The notes: generated by a model not told the origin, from the letters alone. A stretch of 64,000 nt of DNA from Haliotis rubra (GCF_003918875.1 NW_025765714.1:1302001-1366000), one strand, 5' to 3'; positions 26,486 through 40,055 are shown, counted from the stretch's first letter. Translations and numbers: made by a program.

Positions 26486-27012
26486 ATGCCACATCCCAGT
26501 CATCAGAGGCTAAAACTGATGCAGCAGTGTCCACTAACATGGTTAAGGCAGAGAAAAAGCCAACCAGTCAAGACAAAGATGACAAGCAGGTGTCCAATCA
26601 CAGCCAAAGCAACAAAGATACCCAAGAGACAGACATCAAAAAGGAACCAACTGAATCTAAAGACAAATCTAAGGATGACAAGACACTGTCTCCTACTAAG
26701 AGCATCACTGCATTGAAGCCAGTCGGTGACAAGAATGTGAAAGCAGCTTCTACACCAGTGCAACATCCAGCTGTGAATGTTGTGGATGAAGAACAGGAGA
26801 CAGTATTTCTCACCAAGGAAAAAGTCATTGTAGCTAGCCCAACAGACAATGCTCAGGGACCTATAGTTGCTCTGTCACTTGGTCTGGCCATAACAGTCAT
26901 ATTGCTGGTGTTTGTTGGATGCAGGCTCAGAAATGTGCGGCGGAGATTACGGAAAGGACGACCCCTACATTCCAATGAGGCCGACTATCTCATAAATGGG
27001 ATGTACTTGTAA
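26486..27012 (+). CDS. LRP11: LRP11-like terminal exon: S/T/K-rich stalk, transmembrane helix, cytoplasmic tail
   Basis: Acceptor tttttcag|; TM IVALSLGLAITVILLVFVGC, basic RLRNVRRRLRK, and C-terminus EADYLINGMYL*, matching the LRP11 DYLINGMYL tail. The seven exons sum to 2715 nt (904 aa + stop). Confidence 0.92.
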
Positions 27013-29652
27013 AAATATTTACTTTTAATTTGAGATTGTTGAGACAAATAGTGTGTAAGTGTCATATTACGAACATCATTGTACTTGTGTATCAAACAAA
27101 GAATGAACTTTTTGCCAGGTTACAAAAGTCAAATTAAGATAGAAAAATGAAACATTCCTTCATTGAGCTTTTTGATATTTATTATGTCACTTCCAGCATT
27201 TAAATGATCTCAAAATATGTTTCTCTGATCTGTTTTGATTCAATAATTCCCACCATGGACTAAAGGGTCATGTACATTTAATCTTCAAATACTATAACAT
27301 TGGCACTTCACTCCCTTACTCTTAAAGTGACATTCCAAAGGGACACATGATACCTTTTTATACTCCCATTTCTTACTTTTACATCAGCTTTAAGTGTGAA
27401 GTGTATCTTGACGTTAGAAATCCATTGGCATATGTTTTTTCTGATTTTAAAATGGCAATTACTGTGACCATTAAATGAAAGGACAAATACTCAGTTTAAT
27501 ATGACAGCTGTTCTTACATACAAATGTTTCTTTTCTTATTACATTAAAGATATAGATATGCACTGCTAGTTATGATGCAATCAGATTTTGTTACCTGTTT
27601 CTCCTGCTTGTCCATCTCCACTTGATGCTGCAGCCCTCCACATCAGTGTGCATTTAGGCAACAAATAAGCATTTACCGCAGGTGTACTCATTGTGATATT
27701 TGACCAAAACATTCAAGTGAGGACAGGTTACCTCTGTTGTGAGGAGTGTATTCACTTGTGAGGAAGTAGGTTGGCTTTATTCTTCACTGTTCTTGTGATA
27801 TGTTTTATGGTAGCGTTATTTGTATTGGATGTCGTTGTAAATATTTGTGTGGTTCTCTTTGTTTGTTACCACGTATTCCAGCTAGATAGTGATCATCATA
27901 AACTTGTGAAGGTTGTATACAGCAGCCAGCAAAAACACCAAACATGTAATCAAAAATATGTTTATACATTCCATTTTATTTCGTTTGCTCAAATGTTGAT
28001 GCCATGAAAACAGAAATCTATATACCTTTGTTAATCCCTGAGTTTCCTTATACTTACCACTGTTGATTTGATCATGTTAAATCAAATTATAATGAAAAGA
28101 ACTCATTTATCACCTGCAATCAACTGTTTATGTATGCCAAGTTTCTGACTATATAGTTCTACATTTATATTTATACACTTTGTTGTCATCTTGTTGAACA
28201 GAGTATTTAATATGTTTATTCATGTTACCTTGTGAAATCTGTGCACTTCAGATTGCAAATCAAAGAAATTGAACTTTTAGGAAATGTTTAAAATGAAATG
28301 GTAACAAATCAATAGTCATCATGATTATGTATGTTTAATGTCAGCATGGTTGTGGAGGCTGTTACTCTTTAATAGTACTTTCATGTTTGACAAAGGTGTA
28401 CAAGTATATGTTTACTAATCAGCTGCAATGTCTTTAAGTTTAAATGTAACATTGTACATAGCATGTACATCACATTACTTACTAGATCATAGTGACAAAT
28501 GATTCTATGTAACAGGTGTAGATGTGGACTGATCCATATCTTCATCACAAACATCCTTATCCGGTGTATGAACCCTATCTTCATGGTATAGGGACAGAGT
28601 CCACTCCTCTCCATTTCACCTCTGTTGAGAGATGGTAAAGAGAGCCCAGTTTCTGCAAGCAGGTTCTGATCAATTGTATATGTTTCTGTGACATGGTATA
28701 TCAGAAACTTCAGCACAACCATGATAACAGGGTACTGATGGGAGTTGAGGGGACACAACTCTACTTACAATTACAGCAGTGATGAAAGAAAATTGAATTT
28801 ATGAATCATTAAATATATCAATCAGGTTCAGAATTAAAGTAATAATAGTTAATAGCTGTTGATGAAGCAGCATAAAACCTTAGCCATCTTACATTGATTG
28901 GTATGAAGCACTACCCCACTGTCCTTACAATATGTTATCACATGTGTTCTTTTATGCTACAACTTTATGCAGTGTATTTATGTACTGGTACATTAGTTTG
29001 AGAGTATTCCCTACATACTGGACAACACACTGAACAGCCTTCAGCTGTGCTTTATTTTGTTCACACAAGAAAAAGAAGAGAGGAAGACTCATTAGGTGGT
29101 TGAGAACTACATTTACAAGGTTTAGTAGGCCTATATTTCAGTGGTCATGCCAATGCTGTACATTCCATAGGGTAATGACAGATGTTTGACATTCAGTGTA
29201 GATTTCCCCCTATATCAATGAATATATAGTCATGTTTGTTGTTGAGTGGACAACTTTAATTCATATTTCAGAATGTCAGAATCAGATATGATTGGATTAT
29301 TCAATAAGATACCTAAAAAGCATGATAGTTTGCAGTACCTGAGATGTATTTCTTGTGTCTTTCAGTTTGTCTTGCCCACATGTTGTGTGTGATATTTACA
29401 GGTGGAAAGCTTTGTTTGCACTGTGTTTCGGGGTATGGTTTCCAACTGCTGTAGAATGACACATTGTTGGGAATTATGTGGATATCTGGAGTAGCACTGG
29501 AAATCATGTTTTTCATGCAAAGAAAGTTTACCACATATTTACCAAACCTGTACCCAGTTAATTTCAGTTTTAACGTAGAAAAATATTTGATTGTGTGTAG
29601 GGTGACATCAGTCTCTTTCACTGTTGTCTGTGATATTTGTTTCTTTCCCAGA

Positions 29653-29658
29653 AATAAA
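29653..29658 (+). terminator. Candidate polyadenylation signal of LRP11-like
   Basis: AATAAA followed by GT/T-rich sequence (gtgtttttgtt). Other candidates exist upstream. Confidence 0.3.
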
Positions 29659-29959
29659 AAGTATTTTGTAATTAGTGTTTTTGTTCCCTTAACAACGAAG
29701 ATGTGAAACCAGCAGAAGGCCAGAGTGGAAGTCTTTGTTATTTGGAAGTCATGACGCCTTCAGATAATCCTTAGGAGAGGATGTGATGTGGTGTGATCTG
29801 TTTAACTGGGAATGCAGTAACCTGTGTTGTACAGCCCATGAGGACATGCAGTACTTAGCTGTACTTCAAACTACTCAAACCTGGAAAATATTTTTTATGT
29901 CAAATTCAGTTTAGTGCCTTCAAATTTAAGAAATGTTTAATTAATATAATGATAAACAT

Positions 29960-30698
29960 GGGGGCTATTTTAAGCATTTTATTGAGCAAATATGTACAAA
30001 ACTGTTACAAAACAAGCACAAAAATGGAGCTGGACAGTTTGCTCTAATCAGCTGAGGTTGGTAACAGTCCACTATAGCCTTTGCAAAGAACAGGAAATTG
30101 ACCAGTTAGGTTTTAGGTCTAGTAGCAGCATCAGCAACAGTGAGTGGTGTTCAGAGATGATATAAATAACTGCCCATTTAGACAATACTATATACTACAG
30201 ACTATTATCAAGAGATTGACTTCTCAATTGATATTCTTTTACTCCATTGTGATCCAAACATTTCAATGATTAAGAAAACATTTGAAACTGAAAAGAGGGC
30301 TTGGTGCTAAACTTTCCATTTTGAAATGTGAGTCACCTTTATATATTATGACAACAGTGACAGACTACCTGTGCAAATGACACCATTCCAGCTGACAGCT
30401 GCATGAAATATACACCCCTCTCCGGCAGTCAGCGACATATATATACACTTGGCATAGTGACATATGTACACCTGGACACATCACCTGTTTCTCACCGAAA
30501 CACACAAGGTTGGAAGTGAAGGGTTCAGAGCAGACCAACAGTTACCTTGGCACGTCTATTGAAGTTGCCAGAAGAGATCTGATATAGTGGAGCAGGCTAC
30601 TAGCCTGGTTCCTACATTTGTGGTCTGCCTGCACTACGGACAGGGTGCTTGGGTTGGGGATGATCAGCATAAAGAGGACTTAACTGTCCCACTCTCAC
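29960..30698 (-). other. PCMT1: Candidate PCMT1 terminal exon (G-TGA then 3' UTR)
   Basis: Acceptor ttttgtgtacag|GTGA at 30698; minus-strand AATAAA at 29978-29983. The 3' end is approximate. Confidence 0.55.
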
Positions 30699-31103
30699 CT
30701 GTACACAAAATATAACATGAAATATGCTGAAGTGCACTGCAGGTCTACACTAAGATAAAGAACAAAACTATACAATGTATCTTTCACTGTAACAAGTAAT
30801 AAGCTCAGTGTGGTACATGTATCAGAATTAATGTTAACCGTAAAACGTAACTCGGGGGGGGGGAACAGTGGTTAAAACAAATCAACACAATTACAGTCAG
30901 GTGAGAAACATTGTTTCAGCTGGCATGTAGCTCTACAGTTGCCGTGGTGACTACTGTATGGTAAGACCACACTGACTTTAGTGCCGACCTCATCACATCA
31001 AGGTCAAGGCTGTCAGATAAGCATGAAGGTCAGCAAGATTAGACAGTTGGAGACTATCACTGAAACTCGAACTGCGGTCATGGGCATGGCTCCTTGTACT
31101 CAC

Positions 31104-31118
31104 AGCTCTGGCTTGGGT
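31104..31118 (-). CDS. PCMT1: Candidate 15-nt alternative microexon of PCMT1 giving C-terminus RPKPEL
   Basis: cttatgtttcag|ACCCAAGCCAGAGCT|gtgagt, phase-compatible with the AG|gtggag donor at 35779. Confidence 0.6.
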
Positions 31119-32867
31119 CTGAAACATAAGATACAGAAGGTATAGTCTGGGGTTGGCCACTACATCGGTTGTTGATAGTCTCCATACTGCTAAACAGAAA
31201 CAGTTCATTCCAGTTTCTGCAAATAACAAATCCTCAGTTATCCAGTGCCCATCTCCAGCATGATAATACCCTGACTCCTGGGCCCATTTCAGATGCAACA
31301 TCACTCCATCTCTCTCAGTGTATTCAATTCAATTTCTTTTATTCCCACAAACCACCCTCGGTTGTACAGAAACATTTTACAGTATGAATATATAATATGT
31401 AACGTGATCAGTTGGGTAAATAAAAATATTACGCTTTGACGGTTTCATTCACAATCCGTATTGGCTTGAAGTTGAGAACTATCTACAGAGCCACTTCTTA
31501 ACATTAGATCATCAAATATGGACATTCAAAATTGTAGGAGAGAGCTCCCGATGTAGAATTGAATCAGAATATGAGCGGTTCAAAATATAGGGAAGGAAAG
31601 TTCTTATGCTTCCATTTTCAGTATGTAACCATATGCAACAAGGCAACATGGGTCTGGGGATGTTGCTGCCTGTTGCCATCATGGAAGAAAGGTGTAATTT
31701 GATTCCACAGATATTATTGAGCATTTGTGTCTTGCAGGGTATTTATCATACTAAAATGGTGACATGTTAGATAAACAAAAATACAGTCTACGACAAAGTG
31801 GTGTTTTCTTTCAAGATGTAGTTAAAGTATCTTCCCTAAATTAGTTTTCACTTTGATTATTGGGAATGACAACTGAGATACTTCGAAAAACAGTTACACC
31901 ACTGTGTTAGACAGTAAGTTTCTGCAAGTGGCAACTAGATCGTACCTACTAGAGCTCCCCTTACAACAGACAGCACTGACTGTACCTACACAAAAAGACA
32001 ACAGACCTTGCATCAGTCAAAGCTCAACCACAAAACTACAACATGCAAAGTTGGTTGGAGTTGTCTCCCTTCAGGTATTCATTGTAAGGCATGTCTTATG
32101 TATGCAGCAGGGCAAAGAGGCTATGTACAGCGCCAGCTTTTCACCACTATATTTTAGTGAACAACTTGTACAACAAAGAAATAGAATAATCTGCAATGAT
32201 TATTATCTTCAGTACTTCAGTATCAGGAAAACCATTTGACATCATTCAAAACTATCTGTTACACATTCAGCATCACACCAACCTATGTATTGATTGGGTT
32301 TTACATGTGTGGCACCAATCTTCACAATACCAACATAGGTCTTGATTGGATTTTACATAAAACCAACATATACATGTGGACTATTTTTTTTCACGTGTGA
32401 CACCAATTTTCACAATACCAACCTTATGTTTTACACATAACCACAATCTGTATCAATCAGTTGTGATTCTGTTTGTCTTTAGGCACATTTCACAAACAAA
32501 TATTGAACACTTCAAGCCAACCTTAGATTTATCCTAAGTTCCATATTCACAACTATTAAAACAATTTTGATAAAAATAGGTCAGTGTTATGTTTTGTTAT
32601 TTAAAACACCATCACCAATACAAAGCTGTTACACTGAAGCCCAGTGTTCTAGACTGATTTGGTACAATGTACTTACACTGGCACATATACAGACATAATG
32701 GACTTCCTAGACTGCCAAATAACAGACCCTATGTTCTGACTCTATTCACTGAGGGGCACCAGCTATTCCAGCACCACCTGACAAATGACGGGGAGACCTT
32801 ACACAATCACCACCTGACACTGAAGGGAAAACACCTGTGATGTGTGCCCCTATACATGCACCTGTGC

Positions 32868-34129
32868 CAGGGGCGTAGCTCCCATTATAGAAAAAAGCCC
32901 GGGCTTACACATGATTTTTGCTAAAATATTTTGTTTCTAATTCTGCCAAATACGTTATCAGAACAATTAAAAAAAATAGTAGTCCCTCCATGAATCATAT
33001 TGACTACAATATTCTTTGATAACAAAGCATTATCAATACAGTAACAAACCGAAACATGAGTCTCATTAACCTATTCAGACAATGACCTACTTTTCAGCCA
33101 ATCCGATTTTTTCTCGTGTGAAAGTGAAAATAGACAACTATGGTTACACTGAATTCCAATTCCTTGTTTCATAAGAAAATACTATGTACAGATGAATTTT
33201 AATTTTAAACTTTAATAACATCGTATTTCTACATTTTATGGCGATGTGTAGGCAGCATGGCCTTAACCAAGACGTCACAGACTGCCCCCAGTTTGATGAG
33301 GTCGTAAAATGATTCACAAAGCATCTGGCTCACTGGTTACACCTGTTATGTGTTTTTTTGCGCTTTTTCAGTGTAGTTCTGTAACGCACAATGTGATTGA
33401 TATAATATCAAGTCCGTACCAGACTGCCAAACTTTTCTAGCGACAGAGCCTCGTTTTGAGATTGCCAGGTTTCTGTTTGTTAGTGCTCGCTGTATGACAG
33501 AGCACGCTGCACGACATGTTTGCAAGGATTATAAGGAGCATAGTGGTGCAATATACAAGTGCTTAGATGTATCAAATAATACTGATTAATATTTATGTAT
33601 CCAGTTGAATGAATTGGTCTCAAAATTCTGGGCTGGTTATTGTACTAAGTTGCACAATAGGACGGAACACTGTGAACAGGAAACGAGACTGTTGTGTAAT
33701 CAATGTTTTGACTTGCATGTTATTCTTCGGGGCGGTGGGGTAGCCTAGTGGTTAAAGCATTCTCTCGTCACGCTTCAAAGGACCGGGTTTCGATTCCCCA
33801 CATGGGTACAATGTGTGAAGCCCATTTCTGGTGTCCTCCGCCGTGATATTGCTGGAATATTGCTAAAAACGGCGTAAAACCATACTCAGTCAGTCAGTCA
33901 GTGTCATTCTTCGTATATAAATTTGAAGTGTTTTTCTTTCAGTGATGATTGTTTTTCCATCGACATGTATGTGAATGTTTTGCTACAGTCGTAATTATAT
34001 GTGAATCATAACTGAAATGCAGGTATGTACAACGAAAACGTAAGCGTTACTTCATTCTGTAGTCATTCTGAGGGCTTTTAGGTGCAACCTATCAGGCTTA
34101 CACAAAAAAATTGGCTTGCTACGCGCCTG
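32868..34129. mobile_element. Non-autonomous DNA transposon with CAGG-CGTAGC TIRs and 5-bp TSD
   Basis: caggggcgtagc ... gctacgcgcctg, flanked by tgtgc on both sides; contains a nested SINE. Confidence 0.7.
33729..33903 (+). mobile_element. SINE family A
   Basis: Full length, with TSD tgttattcttcg / tgtcattcttcg. Confidence 0.9.
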
Positions 34130-34299
34130 TGTGCCACTGTGATTTATGCCCCAATGCAAGTACTTGTGCTGTGTTTTTTCTGATCTGTGCTGTGGGCAAT
34201 GAAGAAAGGAACTTGCTCATCAAGACAATCTGATGTTGCCGTTTACCTGCCTTGAAGCAAAACTTGGGAACTCACAATTTTTATGCTGTGTTAACAGAA

Positions 34300-35765
34300 G
34301 CAAGCAACGGTGCTGTGTGCCCCAAGTTAGTATGCTGTGTTACCCTAACCAAGCACCTGTGCTGTGTGCCCCAAGTTAGTATGCTGTTACCCTAAGCAAG
34401 CACCTGTGCTGTGTGCCCGAGGTTAGTATGCTGTGTTACCCTAAGCAAGCACCTGTGCTGTGTGCCCCAAGTTAGTAAGCTGTGTTACCCTAACAAAGCA
34501 CCTGTGCTGTGTGCCCCAAGTTAGTAAGCTATGTTACCCTAACCAAGCACCTGTGCCGTGTGCCCCAAGTTAGTATGTTGTGTTACCCTAACCAAGCACC
34601 TGCGCTGTGTGCACCAAGTTAGTATGCTGTGTTACCAGAAGCATGCACCTGTGCTGTGTGCCCCAAGTTAGTATGCTGTTAGTCACAATATGGCTGAAAT
34701 ATTGCCAATGTGACTTAAAACCTTAACTCACTCACTCACTAGTATGCTGTTACCCTAATCAAGCACCTGTGCTGTGTGCCCGAAGTTAGTATGCTGTTAC
34801 CCTAAGCAAGCACCTGTGCTGTGTGCCAAAAAGGTTAGTATGCTGTGTTACCAGAAGCAAGCACCTGTGCTGTGTGCCCAAAGTTAGTATGCTGTTACCC
34901 TAAGCAAGCACCTGTGCTGTGTGCCCCAAGTTAGTATGCTGTTACCCTAAGCAAGCACCTGTGCTGTGTGCCCAAGGTTAGTATGCTGTTATCCTAAGCA
35001 AGCACCTGTACTGTGTGCCCGAGGTTAGTATGCTGTGTTACCCTAACCAAGCACCTGTGCTGTGTGCCCGAAGTTAGTATGCTGTTACCCTAAGCAAGCA
35101 CCTGTGCTGTGTGCCCGAAGTTAGTATGTGCTGTTACCCTAAGCAAGCACCTGTACTGTGTGCCCGAGGTTAGTATGCTGTTACCCTAAGCAAGCACCTG
35201 TGCTGTGTACCCGAAGTTAGTATGCTGTTACCCTAAGCAAGCACCTGTGCTGTGTGCCCCAAGTTAGTATGCTATGTTACTCTAACCAAGCACCTGTGCT
35301 GTGTGCCCCAAGTTAGTAAGCTATGTTACCCTAACCAAGCACCTGTGCTGTGTGCCCGAGGTTAGTATGCTGTGTTACCCTAAGCAAGCACCTGTGCTGT
35401 GTGCCCCAAGGTTAGTATGCTGTGTTACCCTAACCAAGCACCTGTGCTGTGTGCCCGAGGTTAGTATGCTGTGTTACCCTAAGCAAGCACCTGTGCTGTG
35501 TGCCCGAGGTTAGTATGCTATGTTACCCTAAGCATGCACCTGTGCTGTGTGCCCGAAGTTAGTATGCTGTTACCCTAAGCAAGCACCTGTGCTGTGTGCC
35601 CGAGGTTTGTATGCTGTGTTACCCTAAGCATGCACCTGTGCTGTGTGGCCCATGCTAGTAAGCTGTGTTACCAGAAGCATGCACCTGTGCTGTGTGCACC
35701 ATGCTGGTATGCTACATTTCCCTCAGCAAGCACCTGTGCTGTGTGCCCCATGCTAGTACATGCTG
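34300..35765 (+). repeat. 41-44-bp minisatellite abutting the PCMT1 stop codon
   Basis: Unit aagcacctgtgctgtgtgccccaagttagtatgc(tg)tgttaccctaagc; interrupted by a SINE tail at about 34682-34740. Confidence 0.95.
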
Positions 35766-35768
35766 CTA

Positions 35769-35948
35769 CTATCTCCACCTGGGCCACTGCTTGTCCTTGC
35801 TGGTCAGCGGCACATAGATGACTCCCATCAGGTTCTTCCTGACCACCTGGCCATCAAGGGTCTTGTCAATCTGCATCAGCTTCTGGTTCTCTCCTTGACC
35901 TCCAACTGGGATGATCAGCCGTCCTCCTGGTTTCAGCTGATCCACCAA
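35769..35948 (-). CDS. PCMT1: PCMT1 exon 5 (motif III; C-terminus WPRWR*, or internal donor at 35779)
   Basis: ttgcag| [16 protein letters not shown]...[20 protein letters not shown]. The five exons sum to 690 nt (229 aa + stop). Confidence 0.95.
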   Translation of the reverse strand: MVDQLKPGGRLIIPVGGQGENQKLMQIDKTLDGQVVRKNLMGVIYVPLTSKDKQWPRWR

Positions 35949-36289
35949 CTGCAAGAATTCAGAGACCTACACTCATTCGATGGTTATAGTGAGCAGTGTG
36001 AGTGGTTGAATGTCTATTACTGAGGTCAGCAAATTCTGGCAACATCACTGCACACTGTAGCTGAAAGCATGAGCCCCAATCTAACAACATGCAATCAGCC
36101 ACATCAAGCACACTTACTACCCTCCCTATTCTAGCTGTCTCTTATAACAAGCTAAAGGTATTGGGAACCCATCCTGACTTTGAATCACTGAATGGGTGTA
36201 AAGTGGTAGCAGTTTAGAAAGTGGTAAGCAACAGGTGTGTAGGACTGACATTCTACTGATGGGTAATATAAGGGTGTGTGGAAGTAATT

Positions 36290-36757
36290 AAAGGACTGTG
36301 TACAGACTGGCACATGCAGGTGTGTGGCAGACAGTTACAAGTCCTCCTGAAGAAAGGTCAATGTAGGACTAGTGCATGACTGTCTACTCACAGGTGCATG
36401 CAAGTGTGAAGAAGACAAAAACAGGACTTTCTGCAGACAGGTACATGCAGGTGTAGTGAAGTACAGGACTGTCTGTAGACAGGTACATGTAGGTGTAGTG
36501 AAATACAGGACTGTCTGTAGACAGGTACATGCAGGTGTGAGGAAGACAGGACTGTCTGTAGACAGGTACATGCAGATGTAGTGAAGTACAGGACTGTCTG
36601 TAGACATGTACATGCAGGTGTGAGGAAGACAGGACTGTCTGTAGACAGGTACATGCAGATGTAGTGAAGTACAGGACTGTCTGTAGACAGGTACATGCAG
36701 GTGTACTGATATACAGGACTGTCTGTAGACAGGTACATGCAGGTGTATGGAAGACAA
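36290..36757 (+). repeat. 41/42-bp minisatellite (PCMT1 intron 4)
   Basis: Unit ggtacatgcaggtgtagtgaagtacaggactgtctgtagaca, alternating with a gtgaggaagac variant. Confidence 0.9.
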
Positions 36758-36789
36758 ATACCGTCCGGTCAACAAGTGTATTGACTCAC

Positions 36790-37002
36790 CGCCTGGGGCA
36801 GCTCCGGGGCTGCAGCTCCCACATGTATAGCATCAAAGGGTGCATCCTCCTCATAGCCTAGTCTGCCATCACCCAGAACAAGTTTCAGCTGACCTCTATC
36901 CAGAAGTTTCCCCAGGCTCTTGTCCTTCCTGACATTGGTGGTAGCCATCTGGATAAGCTCATCGATGTGGTCAATACCCACAGCCACACCCTTCTCCCCC
37001 AC
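36790..37002 (-). CDS. PCMT1: PCMT1 exon 4 (motif II)
   Basis: ctgtag| [16 protein letters not shown]...[28 protein letters not shown] |gtgagt; 213 nt. Confidence 0.95.
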
Positions 37003-37450
37003 CTACAGACAACAGGTGCAATACAGTCAACACGGCGGGCAAACCATTCATATAGACACGTTCCTGTATGTAGTCACATTGATAATTACTAGTTTCAGTT
37101 TAACAATTGCACGTCTGACTCTAATCCTACATGATTATGACACATTTTCCTGTCAAAGGACACTATTGTTAGAAGACATACCAAGATCTTTAGAAGCTTG
37201 TTTCAAGTATTTAGCTAAGGCATATAATAGTTTTCCTGTTTCTTTTTCACACCATAAAAATCATTGTCTATGTTTTAGATTTACATGCTAGGTTTACATC
37301 TGTGTCTGTGAATTTCTGGTCGTTTTAATGTAGTTCGTCAACAGGTTTTTTATATTTTTCAAGTTTATGTGTCATGAATGTATAACTTGTGTTAGTCAAT
37401 ACTAGGCTGAAATACTGCCAATGTGTCTAGAAATATAACTCAATCACTCA

Positions 37451-38802
37451 ATGTAACCAGCCCACCTGACTATCAACACAGAATGAGAGCTAATGTTGTC
37501 TTCATGTTACCAGCCCACCTAACTATCAACACAGAATGAGATAATGTTGTCTTCATGTAAACAGCCCACCTGACTATCAACACAGAATGACGTAATGTTG
37601 TCTTCATGTAACCAGCCCACCTGACTATCAACACAGAATGAGCTAATGTTGTCTTCATGTAACCAGCCCACCAGACTATCAACACAGAATGAGCTAATGT
37701 TGTCTTCATGTAACCAGCCAACCTGACTATCAACACAGAATGAGCTAATGTTGTCTTCATGTAACCAGCCCACCTAACTATCAACACAGAATGAGCTAAT
37801 ATTGTTTTCATGTAACCAGCCCACCTGACTATCAACACAGAATGAGCTAATGTTGTCTTCATGTAACCAGCCCACCTGACTATCAACACAGAATGAGCTA
37901 ATGTTGTCTTCATGTAACCAGCCCACCTGACTATCAACACAGAATGAGCTAATATTGTCTTCATGTAACCAGCCCACCTGACTATCAACACAGAATGAGC
38001 TAATATTGTCTTCATGTAACCAGCCCACCTGACTATCAACACAGAATGAGCTAATGTTGTCTTCATGTAACCAGCCCACCTGACTATCAACACAGAATGA
38101 GCTAATGTTGTCTTCATGTAACCAGCCCACCTAACTATCAACACAGAATGAGCTAATGTTGTCTTCATGTAACCAGCCCACCTGACTATCAACACAGAAT
38201 GAGCTAATATTGTCTTCATGTAACCAGCCCACCTGACTATCAACACAGAATGAGCTAATGTTGTCTTCATGTAACCAGCCCACCTGACTATCAACACAGA
38301 ATGACGTAATGTTGTCTTCATGTAGCCAGCCCACCTAACTATCAACACAGAATGAGCTAATGTTGTCTTCATGTAACCAGCCCACCTAACTATCAACACA
38401 GAATGAGCTAATGTTGTCTTCATGTAACCAGCCCACCTAACTATCAACACAGAATGAGCTAATGTTGTCTTCATGTAACCAGCCCACCTGACTATCAACA
38501 CAGAATGAGCTAATGTTGTCTTCATGTAACCAGCCCACCTGACTATCAACACAGAATGAGCTAATGTTGTCTTCATGTAACCAACCCACCCATCCTAACT
38601 ATCAACACAGAATGAGCTAATGTTGTCTTCATGTAACCAGCCCACCTGACTATCAACACAGAATGAGCGAATATTGGTTTCATGTAACCAGCCCACCTGA
38701 CTATCAACACAGAATGAGCTAATGTTGTCTTCATGTAACCAGCCCACCTGACTATCAACACAGAATGAGCGAATATTGTTTTCATGTAACCAGCCCACCT
38801 AA
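37451..38802 (+). repeat. 51-bp minisatellite, about 26 copies (PCMT1 intron 3)
   Basis: Unit ctgactatcaacacagaatgagctaatgttgtcttcatgtaaccagcccac. Confidence 0.97.
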
Positions 38803-39015
38803 CAAACAACATAATCATTGCAGTCTGTAACAAGCTTAGACAAGATAAACCTGTGATTTTGGGTGAGTGAGAAGTATCTCAGTTATACCATGGCTATGTC
38901 GCAGATGCCAAAGGACAAGGTTGTTTGCTGCCATGCCTTGGTGAAACCCTCCAGCATAGACATGGTGTTGGCACACCCATAAAGCGTTCACTCACAAGAT
39001 CCTGCCACAGCTAAG

Positions 39016-39980
39016 AATATCCTGTTTTATCATACAGTGGATAGCGTTCTCGGCAGGATAAAGCCAACAGATATTTTCGGTATCCGTTGGGGTCATATAC
39101 GGATATCGATGCAAATTACAGAGGGCATATGCATATTTTAGGGACTAATTTTACAGTGTAAAGAAACATGGCGTCACGTGTCAGCTATCGCGTCCGGATT
39201 GACGGCCGTGGTTACGGTACTGTCAGTGCTTTGATCCAAGACCATTCATGTCTGGGTATGATAGATGAAGAGGATTGCGAAGACAGAAATTCATAGGCTT
39301 ACGAAGATACCAACACCAGTTCCCCGAATGACTGTCAGTGTTAGCGAGTGTACGGCACAGGAATCCAGATGCGGAATGTCCGCCGAACGTTTAAGTGTAT
39401 TTGTTGTTCAAAAGGTTAATTGAAGGTTTCTGAAGATCCACACGAGTTTGTAGTAATTTTTCAAAAGATTTGTTGACAACAATACAAGCTTTTACATAAA
39501 AAACTGAGAACTAGATGACCTAACGCAGTCATTTGAGTGATCAGAAGAAAATTGTGTCACTGCGCGCGTGACGTAACATATTATTACGCACATATTTGTG
39601 ATGTCATAGATATCTATGCACATTCCACGAAGTTTAGTGTCATGATTTGTGGCAATTGAAACATTTTTTTTAAATTATAAAGTAAAAGTGAGTGAGTGTG
39701 TATGGTTTTACACCACTTTTAGCAATATTCCAGCAATATCACTGCGGGGTACACCAGAAATGGGCTTCACGCATTGTGCCCATGTGGGGAATCGAACCTG
39801 GGTCTTCAGCGTGACGAGCCAACGCTAAACCATTAGGCTACCCCACCGCCCCTATAAAGTAAGTATGACATTGTATGATAAAATAGGTTATCACACTCGT
39901 GTGTTTTGGGATGGTTAACAATGTTTATTCCTAATGCAGGATATTAACCATCCCAAAACACTCGCGTGATAACCAATATT
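39016..39980. mobile_element. Probable non-autonomous element with inverted repeats (class uncertain), with nested SINE
   Basis: cctgttttatcataca (39021-39036) vs tgtatgataaaatagg (39872-39887), a further ggttatcac/gtgataacc hairpin to about 39975, and a CpG-rich interior. Confidence 0.5.
39687..39852 (-). mobile_element. SINE family A
   Basis: Full-length reverse copy with TSD tataaagtaa. Confidence 0.9.
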
Positions 39981-40055
39981 GACCACCCTTTCCCCTTTGG
40001 CTTTTACACTGAGCATGTGTGAAGGAGGACACATCTCCTGCCCCCATCTGCCTAC

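Noticed and set aside
37473-38833. 367-aa ORF with 17-aa repeats
   Set aside because: Translation of a 51-bp minisatellite inside PCMT1 intron 3.
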